Shown: piece by piece, positions 62,666 to 64,000 of the stretch
Numbering within the stretch: the first letter of the stretch is position 1
Layout of the letters: each line of letters opens with the position of its first letter
Assembly (NCBI GenBank): GCA_963814495.1
Contig: CAWFDJ010000016.1
Coordinates: forward strand, 28,106-92,105
Length of the DNA: 64,000 bases
Direction of reading: 5' to 3'
DNA from: an uncultured bacterium
GTDB taxonomy: Bacteria; Actinomycetota; Geothermincolia; Geothermincolales; Geothermincolaceae
The notes under the pieces: generated by a model
Told to the model about the DNA's origin: nothing
The model's input: only the letters and a program-made list of their open reading frames with translations
The model's database searches: none
Made by a program: the position numbers and the translations under genes

Positions 62666-63495
62666 CTCGTGCCTCCCTTCGCGGCCAGGAGGACCTCAGC
62701 CGTCTCCCGGGCGTCGAACTCCCTTCCCTCCAGGTGACCGTCGATGAAGCGGAAGGTCACCGGCAGCAGGTAGTCCCGCAGGTAGTGTTCGAGGCCCGGC
62801 GGCAGGGCGGCGGGGCCCTCCGCCGGTCCCGGGCCGGGACGGCCCTCGTTGCCGGAGAGGACGCATCCCCTCTGGCGCCCCCCCTCCGGCCATTCGCCGG
62901 TGAGGCGGGCCAGCTCCTCCTCGTCGTCCAGGTGGCGCAGGGGCTGGGCCAGCTCCACCCCGTAGCGGCCGGCCATCTCCACGTAGGCGTCCAGGGCCGG
63001 GGGGCTCTGGTTGTACTTGACCCGTCCCCGGTGCGATTCGCGTTCGCCCGTGACGATGGTGGGGACCCCGAGCCGCGCGGCCAGCAGCACCCTCACCGCG
63101 TGCAGGTACATGTGGCACCCCACGCAGACGAAGGGGTTCCCGAAGGCCCGCTGGAGCGCGGTCAAGGGCCGGCCGTTGACCTCCGCCCACCAGCGCGGCG
63201 AGCCCAGGACCACCGGCTCGAGGAGGGCCGCCCGCCCCGCCAGCCTTTCCCGCAACAGGTCCACGTTGTCGAGAAGCACCGCGGGGTCGCCGAACTCGGT
63301 GCCGGTGTAGACGATGGTGGGCAACATCGTCCCGGCGAAAGGGCCGGCCAGGGCGGCCGCGACGGAGTCCCGCCCGGCTATCTCGACGATGGCGGAGGAG
63401 GGTGGGTCCACAAGCCCCGGCACGGCCGCGCCGGCGGCCGGCAGCCGCTCCTCCAGGTCCTCAAAACACCGCAAGGCTTCACTCCGCTCCATCTT
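62662..63495 (-). CDS. Hypothetical protein, possibly PP-loop/AANH-superfamily-like with CVGCH motif
   Basis: ..SAIVEIAGRDSVAAALAG.. (degenerate SGGxDS?) and ..PFVCVGCHMYLHAVRVLLAARLGVPTIVTGERES..; assignment weak. Confidence 0.3.
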   Translation of the reverse strand, partial: KMERSEALRCFEDLEERLPAAGAAVPGLVDPPSSAIVEIAGRDSVAAALAGPFAGTMLPTIVYTGTEFGDPAVLLDNVDLLRERLAGRAALLEPVVLGSPRWWAEVNGRPLTALQRAFGNPFVCVGCHMYLHAVRVLLAARLGVPTIVTGERESHRGRVKYNQSPPALDAYVEMAGRYGVELAQPLRHLDDEEELARLTGEWPEGGRQRGCVLSGNEGRPGPGPAEGPAALPPGLEHYLRDYLLPVTFRFIDGHLEGREFDARETAEVLLAAKGGTR

Positions 63496-63646
63496 CCTCC
63501 TCCCGCTCAATCCCATCATAACCCAACACCGGGCCGATGGGCACCACGTCCCATTCAGGATTGCACGGGATGGAGATGGGTCGCAGGTGGATCGGCCCAT
63601 GCATGGAGAAGGGGGCCTCGCCCGGTGAGGTGGGCGGAGCCGCCGC

Positions 63647-64000
63647 TTACGAGTCGCCGGGGTGCTTGAGGAGGGAGCGCTCGACCAGGGTGAACAGGGT
63701 GGCGGTGGCCTGCTCGGGCTTGAAACTCTCGTCCAGGGCCATCCCGTAGGCCACCATCTGGGCCATGCCGATGAGGGAGTAGGCCACCGTCTCGACGTCG
63801 TCCATCTTGAACAGCTGCCCCTGCTGCATGCCGGTCCTCAGGTCTTCCTTGACCGGGTCGGCCATTATCTTGTAGATCTCCCGCAGCTGCTGGGCCAGGG
63901 CGGGGTTGCCCACCGTCTGCCCGATCAGCACGTTGAGGAGGTCGTTCTTTTCGAAGTAGAGGCCGGCGAACTCCGAGCCCCTGATGAACAGGCGCTTGAA
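63647..64000 (-). CDS. TetR/AcrR-family regulator, C-terminal ligand-binding portion (N-terminus beyond window)
   Basis: Helical C-terminal domain ..VLIGQTVGNPALAQQLREIYKIMADPVKEDLRTGMQQGQLFKMDDVETVAYSLIGMAQMVAYGMALD.. Confidence 0.5.
   Translation of the reverse strand, partial: FKRLFIRGSEFAGLYFEKNDLLNVLIGQTVGNPALAQQLREIYKIMADPVKEDLRTGMQQGQLFKMDDVETVAYSLIGMAQMVAYGMALDESFKPEQATATLFTLVERSLLKHPGDS

Overview
This is a high-GC (roughly 70% by eye) chromosomal segment with the typical layout of an anaerobic Actinomycetota-like organism. From the 5' end on the plus strand it carries the conserved cell-division/signalling cluster: FHA-domain protein tail, PP2C phosphatase (PstP-like), RodA/FtsW, PBP2-type transpeptidase, a PASTA pseudokinase and a bona fide PASTA Ser/Thr kinase (PknB-like). 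Two tandem, divergent phosphate ABC transporter operons (pstS-C-A-B-phoU) follow on the minus strand. A PhoR/SenX3-like two-component system lies next to a GerMN (LpqB-like) lipoprotein. A housekeeping stretch follows: M28 peptidase, flavodoxin, zinc metalloprotease, PHP phosphoesterase and a GT4 glycosyltransferase. Three loci encode secreted proteins built from an unrecognised ~105-aa tandem repeat (motif W[YF]LAEG.T.GG.ETWVLVQNP ... VICER.MYG ... W.HDSIG), one of them fused to a BNR-like beta-propeller. An HdrA/HdrD-like redox module sits with a family-III CoA-transferase and an FMN-reductase-like flavoprotein. A complete selenocysteine locus is present (selD with an in-frame UGA, yedF, selA, selB, tRNA-Sec). 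A Tat-exported selenocysteine formate dehydrogenase (FdhA with in-frame UGA, FdhB) is clustered with RnfC, RnfD and ApbE but no cytochrome b subunit. Upstream of it are fdhE, tatC, tatA and an ECF sigma / anti-sigma pair. The 3' end has a lipoprotein, a secreted beta-propeller protein, two TadE-like genes, an archaeal-type phosphoglycerate mutase and a TetR-family fragment. The sequence is riddled with single-base frameshifts (most genes are split over two to five frames while the conserved protein continues seamlessly), so all CDS coordinates are approximate and the frameshifts are more likely indel errors than pseudogenes. No CRISPR array, integrase, transposase or prophage signature was seen. 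Small recurring palindromic elements (GGGGTCAGGTC-type and a 55-60 nt imperfect palindrome) occur at gene ends.
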